A DNA stretch of 64,000 nucleotides. Source: Chara braunii. Lineage: Eukaryota; Plantae; Charophyceae. The notes under the pieces were generated by a model. That model saw only the letters and a list, made by a program, of their open reading frames with translations, did not search any database and was not told where the DNA came from. The translations under genes and the position numbers were made by a program. Location: positions 3,450,967 through 3,514,966 of the forward strand of contig BFEA01000044.1 in assembly GCA_003427395.1 (NCBI GenBank), written 5' to 3'. Below are positions 13,300 through 23,923 of the stretch, piece by piece; position 1 is the stretch's first letter; each line of letters begins with the position of its first letter.

Positions 13300-14520
13300 G
13301 TCCCCTGCTCATCCAAGCCCGATAAGTCTCTCTTTCCCTATTTGTCAGTCATTATGAATCTCGTTCCTTATTCCCCAAGCCCAGTCCCGTCCGCTGTTTC
13401 CGGTGCACCACCAAACCACGGAAGCAACCCGATCCAATTCTTTCCCCGCTCGTCCGCTCGCCGAGACACTCCTCCCCCGATTCCTCTTTTCACTCCCCTG
13501 CTCGTGACAATCCTCCTCTCTATGACCCTTTCCTCAAACACCATTACCCTGTCCATCTTCTTCCTCATTCCCTCTCCCCCATCTCGACTGATTCTCTCCT
13601 TTAGGAATTTTCTTCCCTTATAGATTCTCCGTCGACAAGTTTCTCGCCCCCTCCCATCGTCATTGATCCAGCGCTGCAACGCATTTTTGTTTTAGATCCG
13701 CCGTCGGCATCTCTTCTTCCTCTCCACCTTTTTCTCCTCCCTCTTCTTCTTCCGGTTTCGCTAATAAGGATTCAGAGAAACGTTACTGAAAGAACTTTCG
13801 GTGACCTACTCAACATCGAAGACATTGTTGACTACGCTTCTTCGGCGGCTTCTTTTAGGTTCCAGGACAATCAAAGGAACCTCTTCATCCTAAAAAGAAA
13901 GCGCGTTGCGGAACTCTTATCTCACTCTCTCTTCTCACCGACCATCTTCAACCATCTCGTCGTTGATTCATGCCCTCTCTCCTCTTTGTCTTCGCGTGAG
14001 TTGTTGAGAGCCCAGCTAGACTTGGCTGAGTTTCAAGTCAGAAGCGCTAAAGAGATTTCGGCAAAATTCTTCTGATTGCCATGTGTATTGCGAAGATTGA
14101 GGCAAGATCGGCTCAACCTTGAGTGGGGGACGGACTGCTAACCTTGCTGCAAAACCTTCCTGGATTGGCTGCATCGCCTTTACTGGCTATTCCAGTTTCG
14201 GCGTTTTTCAAAGAGTTTTTCCACTCTCTTGGCGAAGACGCTTCTCAAGATCTTCACCTCGATAAACTCGCGAACTGGGGTCCTGGACCCTGGTTTCGAT
14301 ATCTGAAGAAGAAGGCGTGCGGCAAGCTTCCTGATTACGTTCTTCATCCAACTTTGTCGTTGGAACCTTCGTCGCCGTTTACTCCAGACTATCCCAGGCT
14401 GTTCGTTTCTTCAAGAAAGGGTTACAGGAAGTGTGTTAGCTTTAGCCATAGGATAGTTAGTGATAAAGAGGAAGGGGAAGCAGGCGCCTCAGGCGCACAG
14501 CAAGAAGAAAAAGTCTGAAA
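13300..14520 (+). pseudogene. Decayed ORF of unknown function inside the YR element
   Basis: Pro/Ser-rich start, then globular-looking fragments in shifting frames (e.g. 14123-14518 ...DKLANWGPGPWFRYLKKK...). Confidence 0.4.
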
Positions 14521-15099
14521 AATCGAAGATTGAAGAAGTCTCCTCTTCTGATTCTCCATTTCCTCCCCCCCTTCCACTTCAACCTCTTTTCCTGGTTACG
14601 AAACCACCTTCTTCGTCTCATACCTCTATAAATCCCCAACCTCCCCTCTCGTCAGCCCCCAAAACCCCAAGGCAGAGGCACAAACCCAGAATCTGCAGAA
14701 ATTTTGACTTTCTTATATTTTTTCTTCTCTTTCTCATTTTTTCCCTCCATCTCATCACCTTCTTCCTCCTCTTTAAACCTAATCGTTCGCTTTGTCTCCC
14801 TCCATAAGAGTGATTAATGAAGGGATGTTAATAAGGTGTTAGCGCTTTGTGAGGATTTATTCCTCAAAATTCCTTTCTAATTCAATGAATCATTGAACTT
14901 CTGTTCGTTTTTTGTGATCTCAATTTCAAGTCAATTCCAATCTTGGTTGATTTCTGTCAGCTTAGCATGAATGAAAATGTCATAATCTTCGTGCATTCTT
15001 CTAATGATTTTTCACCTTTTTATTTTCTGAGTCTGCCTAATTAGCAATTATTTATGACCAGCCGCATTTATATCCTGCAAAGGAATTTAGTCTCTTTTT

Positions 15100-15235
15100 T
15101 AATCTCTGCAAAAAAAAAAAAAAAAAAAAAAAAAAGGGACACTCGAAGGTGCTTGGATTTAGCGAAGCCCCGACATTATCTGTCACTCTTGACCTTACCA
15201 ATTTTCCCTTTCCTTAAAAAAAAAAAAAAAAAAAA

Positions 15236-15271
<36 letters not shown>

Positions 15272-17330
15272 CGTGACGACCTGCATGTAAGATGTTAATG
15301 TTTAACTTGTATTGCATTTACCGTCAGTAGGAAGATTATTATCGTAACTCTTGATTCCTCAAAAAGGAATCGGGTGATACGTCAGCTCATCTTCCTATCC
15401 CCATGATCCACAGTCAGACTCATGCTTTTCTATGTATTGAAATATTGATTGGAATTTTTTTTTTTTTTTAAATCAGAAAAAGGAAGGAAGAAGTAGCACG
15501 GAACAAAGCGGAAGATCAGTTCACACATCCTTGAGCCTTGAGGACACTTTGTGTCTGATCCAAGCATGGACTTCGCGTAATTTGTCCCTAAGATTAGCTC
15601 TGCAGACCTCTCTATGCACGGCAGCTTTTCTCAGCAAGTGTAATTGCATAATTTAGGATCGTTAAAGTATTGCTTGATACGGACGGATTAGTTAAAAAAA
15701 AAAAAAAAAAAAAAAAGGAGAGGGGCGTGGAAGAGATTGATGGGCGTTCCGTTATGGTGCGTCGGCAAGAGTCGTGTTCGTAAGCGAGTTTCGTAGTTTG
15801 TGTGTACTTATGAAATGTGTATGCGTGTGTAAGAAAGGAAGAATCAAGGAGAAAGAGGGAGAGAGAGAGAGAAGGAGAATGAAAGAAACTACGTATTCCG
15901 GAAATAAATTGCGCCATGCTGAGCGAAAATTAGCGCACGACTTGTTAAACGATCAACTGCATTTTTTCCATAACCTAGGATTGATGGTTGCTCCCTTATG
16001 GTGTGTAGGCATGAGTGGTGTTTATAGCAAGCTTCGTATGTATGTGCGTGTGTTCAAAATATGTATGTGTGTTTAAAAAGGAAGAATAAAGGAAAAGGAG
16101 AGGGAGAGAGAGAGAAGGAGAAGGACGGAAACTACGTATTGCAGAAAGAAATCGCGCCATCCTGCGCGAACGTTAGCACGTGACCTGTTGAATGATCGAC
16201 TGGATTTTTTCCATATAACCTTCAAATTCAGCAATCTTCGCAATCAATTTTAGGACGAGCAAGATCTTTGTGTCAATTAAACGTAATTAAAATAAGCTAT
16301 GTGACTTAACCTCATAACTAAAAAAAAATAAAAAATAAAAAATAAAAATAAAAATTCAGACGTGTAGCAAATTCATCTTCTCGTATGAACATATAGTCCT
16401 TAACTACCTCTGATATTGTTAAGTACTGCAATCTGAATTGCTCATAGTCGTAAGAAGTGATTATTCTCAAAAGTCAGAATCCAGGAAAGTAGCACTCGGA
16501 ACATATGCATTATGACGGAAATTTGAATATCGCAGCAAACAGATCATTAAAGAATTTGCAAGTATCATTACAGTACTAGTAAAGGACCTGATTAATAACC
16601 TATTTTTACTTAAAGGTTTCTCAACCACGTTACCTGTTCTCTTGTCAATTAAATTCGTTTTTTCGTTAAAACTGCATCCTTGCACAAAATACTATGTAAA
16701 CTCAAGTCTGAATAAGCATCGACCCCTAATCGTTCTCTATTACATCAGTTTTATGGATTAGGAGCTCAACGTCTACCTATATCAGTGTGAGATGAAACTC
16801 CTTTCATTAATTCCCCCCCCCCCAAAAAAAAGGGGAGGGGGGGGAGAAAGGAAGAGGAAATTCAAGCAGCATTGAATCCTTTAAAATACCTATGAGTACA
16901 CTACCCTTAAGCAACTGAAAGGAAGGCTTCCGAATCAAGCAGTCTGGCAAGCACCGACCATTATTTCATAATTACCTACCTTAGTCAATCTTGTCTTTGC
17001 AATGGTAGCAAAATCAATGTCATATTACTCCCTCAAAAATATAAACTGAGATTGGTCATTCACCTTATGGAATCTCGACTTGCTGCACCAGATCGGTTTC
17101 CCAATCTTGACTTGGTCACAAAACATACCTCCATGTGTGGTGTTAAGAGTTTATTGCTCCCGAATTCTTAACCTAATCCTAGTCAAATGTTAAGAAGACC
17201 AACATCACATCAAAGCAGGCCACATCTTCAGCTAAAGGACTGTAGAAGAATTGTTGATGGGAAGAAGAGTCGTAGGTATTAATGTGATAACTGTACCCCA
17301 GAATTCAGTAGTAAATTGGCTCTAAGAACG
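15100..17330 (-). pseudogene. Possible antisense multi-exon gene remnant inside the YR element
   Basis: Minus-strand GTAAG/GTAGG/GTATG donors and poly-T...AG acceptors; a duplicated exon-like unit reading YGKNAVDRLTSRALIFAQHGAIYF (~15890-15975) and YGKNPVDHSTGHVLTFAQDGAISF (~16135-16220). Confidence 0.35.
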
Positions 17331-17631
17331 AATTAAAAAAAAAAAAGGGGGGGGGGGAGAAGGGGGGGCAAAAAGAGGGGCTCTATGGGTTGCAGGCCTG
17401 GCCGTCTCTACTTTTCCTTTGATCTCTCTCTTCCCTTCCCCGAACCAACTCTTAATTTTATGTTTTCCTTTTAGAATACTTCAATTTTTTTCCCGCATCC
17501 TTGTCATCCTCTTTTTAACCCCACCTATCCTCTTAATCGCCCTCCTGTTTTCTAAAGTTCGGGAACTGCTTAGGCAAGTTATCCTCGAAAACTTATAAGT
17601 TATAACTCAATTTCTTCTGAAGATGTTTTTT

Positions 17632-17667
<36 letters not shown>

Positions 17668-17769
17668 TACTTAGCAGGAACCATCAAAAATATTTCCTCC
17701 CCCCAAAAGCCTTCGCCCTCCTTTTTTCGATGTCTGATGTGACCGAATTTTCTTCTTCATGTGTTTCAG

Positions 17770-19150
17770 ATGGATCCTATGTTTTTAGCTTATCTCAACG
17801 CCTCAGGCCCTCTCTCACTCTCAGGGGCAGAAGTCCTTGCTGTACTCCCCATTTTTCCTCTCATTTTCACTCCTGTTAGGATTATTCAATGTCTTAATCC
17901 CAATATTCATTACCCACAAAAATTGCTTTTCTTAGTTACCCCTAATAACTCTCAAAGGCAATATAAGGTTAGCGCCCTAGCTATCAAAATCAAACCTTTG
18001 TCCCCTCCCCCACCATTTTCCCTCCCTCCACCACCGTTTTCTAGAACACCCCCCCCCTTTGCACCTGTTACTCCTTCCCCTCAAATTCCCACCATTCCTT
18101 CTCAACCTCATCTCACAACCCCATCCACTTCTCTGCAACCTGATCTCTCTACCCAAACGGTCTCTCTGGATCTTTTCGAACAACTCAAGCGTCAGCTTCT
18201 GAAACAAGAGAGTGAGACCAAGTCAGCAATTGAGGCATTCTTAAGAGAACTCGCTAAGAAGGAGGAGGAAACGCAGGCTGCTAATGAGCTCTACCGAAAT
18301 CTGCTTTCTGATATGGAAGCCATCAAGATCCGTGTCGCCGAGAAATCTGGCCCTTCTTATGACGAACTACAAGCATGGTACAAGATGTCTTTGTGCTCCT
18401 GCTTGGCATCACCAAATCGCCTCGGTCATTCGTTTCTATACTATCAACCTCAATTACCACCACTATCCGTTCGGCAGGGCTATAGCCAACGACTTTGCAA
18501 CTCGAGTAGCCTCAGTGGCTAAAGATTGTATAGACCACAAAATCTCCAAGGAAACAAGATCAGCCCTTAACAAGGTCATGCGGGAAAGAATGGAAAAGTC
18601 GCTTCCTATCATTGAAACAGAGTACAACTACTGTCTGAACATCGCAAGGAGGGACTGTTCTAGGTAAGCATAAGGGTAGTCGCCCGATTTCAAAGTTAGT
18701 ATTGCCCTGGACCGTTAAATAGGTTCACGCCATTCGCGTTCATGAGCTTATTTGTTTCTCTTTATTTTTCAAATTTGCAGGTATGGCAAATCCGAAGCAG
18801 AGTCATCTTCCATCAGAAGAAAGGAGGATGCCGGTAAATCTGATGACTTAAAGAAACCGTCCTCAAAGCGCCACTATGAAGACAAATCCGACAGAGGCTA
18901 CGACTTCAACCGCGCTGTCGAGCGCATCGGCCCTCGCGTGAACGAGGGCCCCCCCGACCATGTCACGCAGGAGATAAACAAAACAAAATCATCCGGAGAC
19001 AACTTGGGAACGACGCATAACATTCCACGAGCCGTTGAGACGGACGCGGTTGAATTGTCCTTCGCTGCTATGGCCGGGTGCGCCAGCAATACTTCCCGCG
19101 GTCCCCTACGACAGGATAGGTTCCCGTGGGGCATAAACTACCTTCCCTAA
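17770..19150 (+). pseudogene. gag-like ORF of the YR element (Pro-rich plus coiled coil), with one frameshift near 18385 and one intron at 18664-18780
   Basis: ORF 17761-18522 overlaps ORF 18284-18667; removing AG|GTAAGC...TTTGCAG|G joins 18284-18663 in frame to 18781-19150 (DCSR-YGKSEAE). Confidence 0.55.
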
Positions 19151-21103
19151 GGGGCTGTCACCACCCTTAGGGGCGTATCCCTATCGAGCTACCGACCCAC
19201 GTGCGAAAGCTTTTAGATGCAATTGCAGAGGTAGGTCAGCCGAGGGCGTTTGCTCGTTCGCCGTAGTATAGATATGTTAGTTAACGCCAAGTGGACCCGA
19301 ACGTCGTTCATTCCTTAGGGCGCTGATCTCCTCAGTACGAAGCGGGCGCCGGTCGACTAGGACGGTCTCCACCAAGCGTGAAAACACAGAATTAATCCTA
19401 GTCCCTTAGACACACAATCAAAAGAAAGTTATAACAACCCACATAATTTCACAAAAAAGGCGTCGACTATAGTCGACAGGAACATGCCCAATCTGAAATG
19501 ATACTGAAAGAATCAGAATCATCATATGGTACAACCAACAACTCGATATCAAAACCAATCCGACCACTCCCGGTCGAATTCCATAAAAACAACCATACAA
19601 TCGNCAACGAGAAGTTGACTNTCNATAATAACATTGATGCAGCCGACAAGGTAGTCGGACTGCCGTAGTTTTGACTTGATGAGATACGCTGNCAAAGTTA
19701 TTNATTCCAACTAAANTCGNCCTATGATTAAGCACGCATACNCCTNTCTCCATACATTCTCAATCTTCCTGGATGACAGGTTGTTTCGCGGATGATTCTT
19801 GATCATGGGCTTTGCTGACGTGTTGCATGCCTCTTCCTCTAGGAAGTGGTCTGTGGATACTCCTTCCCCTCGCCTGAGCCCGAAGACCCAGATCTCAAAG
19901 GTTGGGCCGTCACCACCGAGTCGGCAAAGTACCACCCCCGACGAGTCGGGTCCACTTCAAGTCGATATCAGGGCCGGCTCCGAAAGCATACGAACCCCCG
20001 CCTTGGATGCTTCCTAGAGAAAAGGGAATGCATTCGCCGCAAGTAGTTTTCAATTACTCTCATCACTTCTCGGTTCATGGTAACTCGGACGTAAANAAAT
20101 TGAACGAGATAGAGAATGAGAATCACCTTGACAGGTATAGATATAGAAGGTCATTCCGGATAAAATGGGTCAGTCCTGGAAAAATGCTAAGTCTAATTGA
20201 CTGCATTCTATTTTTTATTCACAAGTTTTCTTTCATGGCGCCCGTCGAAATTACTCATTTCGGAATTCAAGTACACTTGTCATGCAGGCGGGTGGAAGAT
20301 AGAAACATGACAATCCTTTCCCCATCCCAAGTGGGCAAGGTCAATCTCCATAGCAAGCATCCTCCTACCTACCTCCACAATATGCAGAAACCAAGTTCAA
20401 AAGAAAACAGTACGATCCCATACTCAAGTCGGACTTTTTCATTCTCATGCATGATCCACACGACTTTCCTCTGCCTTTTCTTTTCAACATTCAAAATGAC
20501 AAGGTCAAGCAAGGTGCGGGTTCACACGGGCATGAAGGGAAATCTGAGTCATTCAACTGACGTTGAGTGAAGTTTGATCCGGCTCATTCAAGAAAGCCGA
20601 GTATTTTCTCAAGAAAGGTTCGGTCACACGATTCTCGTTGAGGCCGCTCACAAGGATGAGCCACTCCTTCCTTCAGACGTCACCACTAACTCAAGCGTAG
20701 CTCACCAACACAGAAGCGAGCTCGCCGTTTGAGGAGAGTGTCCCCCTCTCAAATCCCACACGGCCTCAACAACACTTTTCTCCCAAACATAGCGCCACCT
20801 CAATCCACCAAATACTAGGTCAGGTCATCACACGCCTGCCGCAATACTTGGTGGTCCTGGACTCAAACCCCGCTCGTTCAACGTGCCGTAAAAGAATAAC
20901 TATGGCCTTAACCATTCCTGCAGGTACCGCATGCCACAACGTTCTTAATGAGGCGATCGCCACACCAATTCAATCATAAGGCGATTCACCCCGCCCCCAC
21001 TATTTCAAGATGCCCCTCCACCTTGGCGGTACCGTCCCTGCGGCCTCGTCCAATCCCCCTTCTTATAGTCCTGTGCAAAATACTGTCTCCACAAGATCCG
21101 GCA

Positions 21104-21612
21104 ACGTTTCCGCCGTACCGCCAAGAAAACCAGCGCTGCCACCGCAAAAATTCGGCAGCGCTTCTGCCGTACCGCCAAGAAAGCCAGCGCTGCTGCCGCA
21201 CAAATTCGGTAGCGCTTCCGCCATACCGCCTAGAAAACCAGCGCTGCCGCCGCACAATTTCGGTGGCGCTTCCGCCGTACCGCCTAGAAAACCAGCGCTG
21301 CCGCCGCACAATTTCGGTGGCGCTTCCGCCGTACCGCCTAGAAAACCAGCGCTGCCGCCGCACAATTTCGGCAGCGCTTCCGCCGTATCGCCAAGAAAAC
21401 CAGCGTTGCTGCCGCACAAATTCGGCAGCGCTTTCGCCGTACCGCCTAGAAAACCAGCGCTGCCGCCGCATAATTTCGGCAGCGCTTCCGCCGTACCGCC
21501 TAGAAAACCAGCGCTGCCGCTGCACAATTTCGGCAGCGCTTTCGCCATACCGCCAAAAAGACCAGCGTTGCCACCACACAATTTCAGCAGCGCTTCCGCC
21601 GTATCGCCTAAA
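21104..21612 (+). repeat. 54-bp tandem array (~9.4 copies), each unit a hairpin
   Basis: Period 54 (CCAAGAAA at 21121 and 21175); each unit contains AGCGCTGCCG...CGGCAGCGCT or a close variant; translates as ASAVPPRKPALPPHNFGS repeats. Confidence 0.92.
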
Positions 21613-22628
21613 AATCCCGGTGTTGTCGCTGCAAAAATCCGGCAGCACCTCCTTCCAAGAGTACGGCGACGCAGCCTCCTACTCAAGAAAATCCTTCGTC
21701 GCACGGCCTAATCCAGCAGCAGCCTTACGGCTATGGGTCCTCCACAGCCTGCAGCACAGCACAAGAGGTGGGGCAAGAAGCTCCCAGCCTCAAGCTATGG
21801 CTGCCTCCTCCTTTCTCCAAGTGCTTCTCCAGACCTCCAACACTTCGCCTCATCACACCGGCAGCCAGCCAGCCAGCATCCACTCAAGTAGAATGCCCCA
21901 GCAGCATTGCCACAAGTGTGAGGCTGCTGGATGGCAGGCTAGCTTTTATAGCTGGCTGAAGGCTGAGGGCAGCTACTTTGCCCCCAGCCAAATCTCGGAG
22001 TAGAGCCTGGCCCTTGATCTAAATCACGATCAAGGGCCAGGAAACTTGATGTTCCCCAAGGGAAACCAAGTTCTGGGCCCTAACAACGCATCTGGCCGTC
22101 ACCTCCGGCCAGACGCAGTCTCCAAATGGCTACACCAGGCCATTTGCAGCAGACTGTTGAAACCAACAGTTTGCTGTCTCATCAGAGCCCAGATGCTTCC
22201 AACCATGCATCTGGGTCTGCGTCGCGGCCAAATCCACGGCATTCCCCCTCTCCCAACTTTCCTTCCTTCTTCTCCTTCTTACCCCTGCACCTAATCTACT
22301 CCCGCAGCCACGTACGTGGCCGTCACATAGTTCTCCTCCCCTGTCTAATCCACGGGTAGCTCATCGTTCGAAAACGAATGAGCATCCCCTTTATTTCCCT
22401 GGGCAGGCCCACTGCCAATCCCAACAGGCTTCTTTCTCCCCTGCCCCGCGCCTGTATGTGGCTCAAACGAGCACCACATACAGGCGCGCGGCTTAGAGAG
22501 CCAGCCCCTTAAAAANGAAGGGGCNCTCCGTCTTTTGGCTGNCACCTTCTCTCTCTCTCGCTCTCTACTAACCCCGAACTTGGCCGCCCACGGGCGGCAG
22601 GTTCATCCGATTTTGTCCATCCGTAGAT

Positions 22629-22683
22629 GGACTGTAGAGGCTCAACCTCCTGATGAGTCGGTGGAAGTCCGACGAAACAGTCT
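22629..22683 (+). ncRNA. Type III hammerhead ribozyme; predicted cleavage after GUA (A22636)
   Basis: GGACUGU-A, stem I GAGG(cucaa)CCUC, core CUGAUGA (22650-22656), stem II GUCGG(uggaagu)CCGAC, GAAA (22674-22677), CAGUCU closing stem III. All core nucleotides and all three helices are intact. Confidence 0.9.
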
Positions 22684-23923
22684 GGCACAGTTGTACCTGC
22701 CCGTTCGTTCGAAACGAACGGGTACTAAAAGGAAAAAGAAGACAAAAAAAAAAAAAAGACTCTAAACCAAATCTAAAGAAAGGAAAAAAAAAAAAATCTA
22801 AGCAAAATCTAGCAAAAAAACAGAAAGAAACAAAAGAAAACCCCCACCTGAACGTGGCAGCCCGTTTTCAACGGGCGCCTGACATAGTACTGGGAACGTT
22901 TATGTTCCCAGTCACTTCGCAATGCGCCAGATGCCGCCCCGTTTCCCCTTTTTTTTTTTTTTTTTTCCTCCCCCATTGGCTTATGCCAACGGTCACATCA
23001 CGTCGTGGCTTAGCCACGACTTACTGGCCGAGGTCCCCCTTGCAAAAGGGTAGGATCAAGCTCCTGAATCCAAACGCGTTTTAAGCAGAGATGCAGAAGC
23101 AGTTCAATCTCGATTCCCTGCATTTCTCCATAAAGCCCGCATCTGGGCGCTTACGCGTCCAGATGCGGGGTTTATTTTATTTTATTTCCCAAAAAAAAAA
23201 AAAAAAAATCAAACCATCTCTCGATTTATGCGTTTCATCCTCGCGCAGGGGCCATGTCACCTCGGCGCGGCTGATTTCAGCTGTGCGATTTTGAAGATCG
23301 CACGGCCGAGATTGGCCGCGCCCAGCCTGATGTCGTGGGCTGTTTGCTCCAAAAGGAGCTAGCCCGATGGTGCAGTTCGATCCCCATGTCTGCGGGGCAA
23401 TAGTCTGGCGACGGTACCTACTGGGCTAGCTCCTTTTCACACCAGAAAGGGAGCAACCCTTCTCTATGAAGGGCTTCTGATGCCCAACAGACCCTTTCCC
23501 ATCGCCTAGCAGGCTGTGCCTGCTAAGCCGGCTTGCTGCCGTTGTTGGCAGGCGGGGTCGGTAGCCGACAACCTTAACGGCTGCCCTACCCTGCCGGCCT
23601 CGACCCCTTTATAGATAGACTAGGATTAACTTCAGTTTTCCCACGACCGCACACTACGGCGTCGTCGTCGAAAACCACGGACGACAGTGCCGACTCCGGT
23701 TATCCCGCACGGACGTTGGTGTCGTCCTGCGTCGACGACGTTAGGTTCAAAAAAATTTTTAGGTCTCTCAGTCATAGCGTTGGTCTGAATAAGCTCTGGC
23801 AACGTCTATCTCATCAAGTCCTCCAATTTAGTGAAAAGGTCAGACAGCGTCCGACGTTGATCAACACGGGCAGATACCCTTGTCAGGGTTTCTGCCCCGA
23901 CAGCGCTTCTAAGCGTCCTCACA

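Noticed and set aside
18838-18865. CTGATGA...GAAAC hammerhead-like core
   Set aside because: No stem II or flanking helices; it lies within a coding exon.
19200-19410. Group I/II intron or hairpin ribozyme
   Set aside because: Only isolated short look-alike motifs; the conserved cores could not be assembled.
21104-21612. CRISPR array (also considered for 63434-63904 and 34540-35815)
   Set aside because: Contiguous tandem units without unique spacers, no cas genes, eukaryotic context.
20948-22003. Four long overlapping ORFs as real genes
   Set aside because: They are open because the 54-bp unit lacks stops in those frames; no independent coding evidence.
22140-22190. Second hammerhead on the minus strand (CUGAUGA followed by a 13-bp hairpin)
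   Set aside because: The hairpin is followed by GCAAA rather than GAAA, and no stems I/III could be built.
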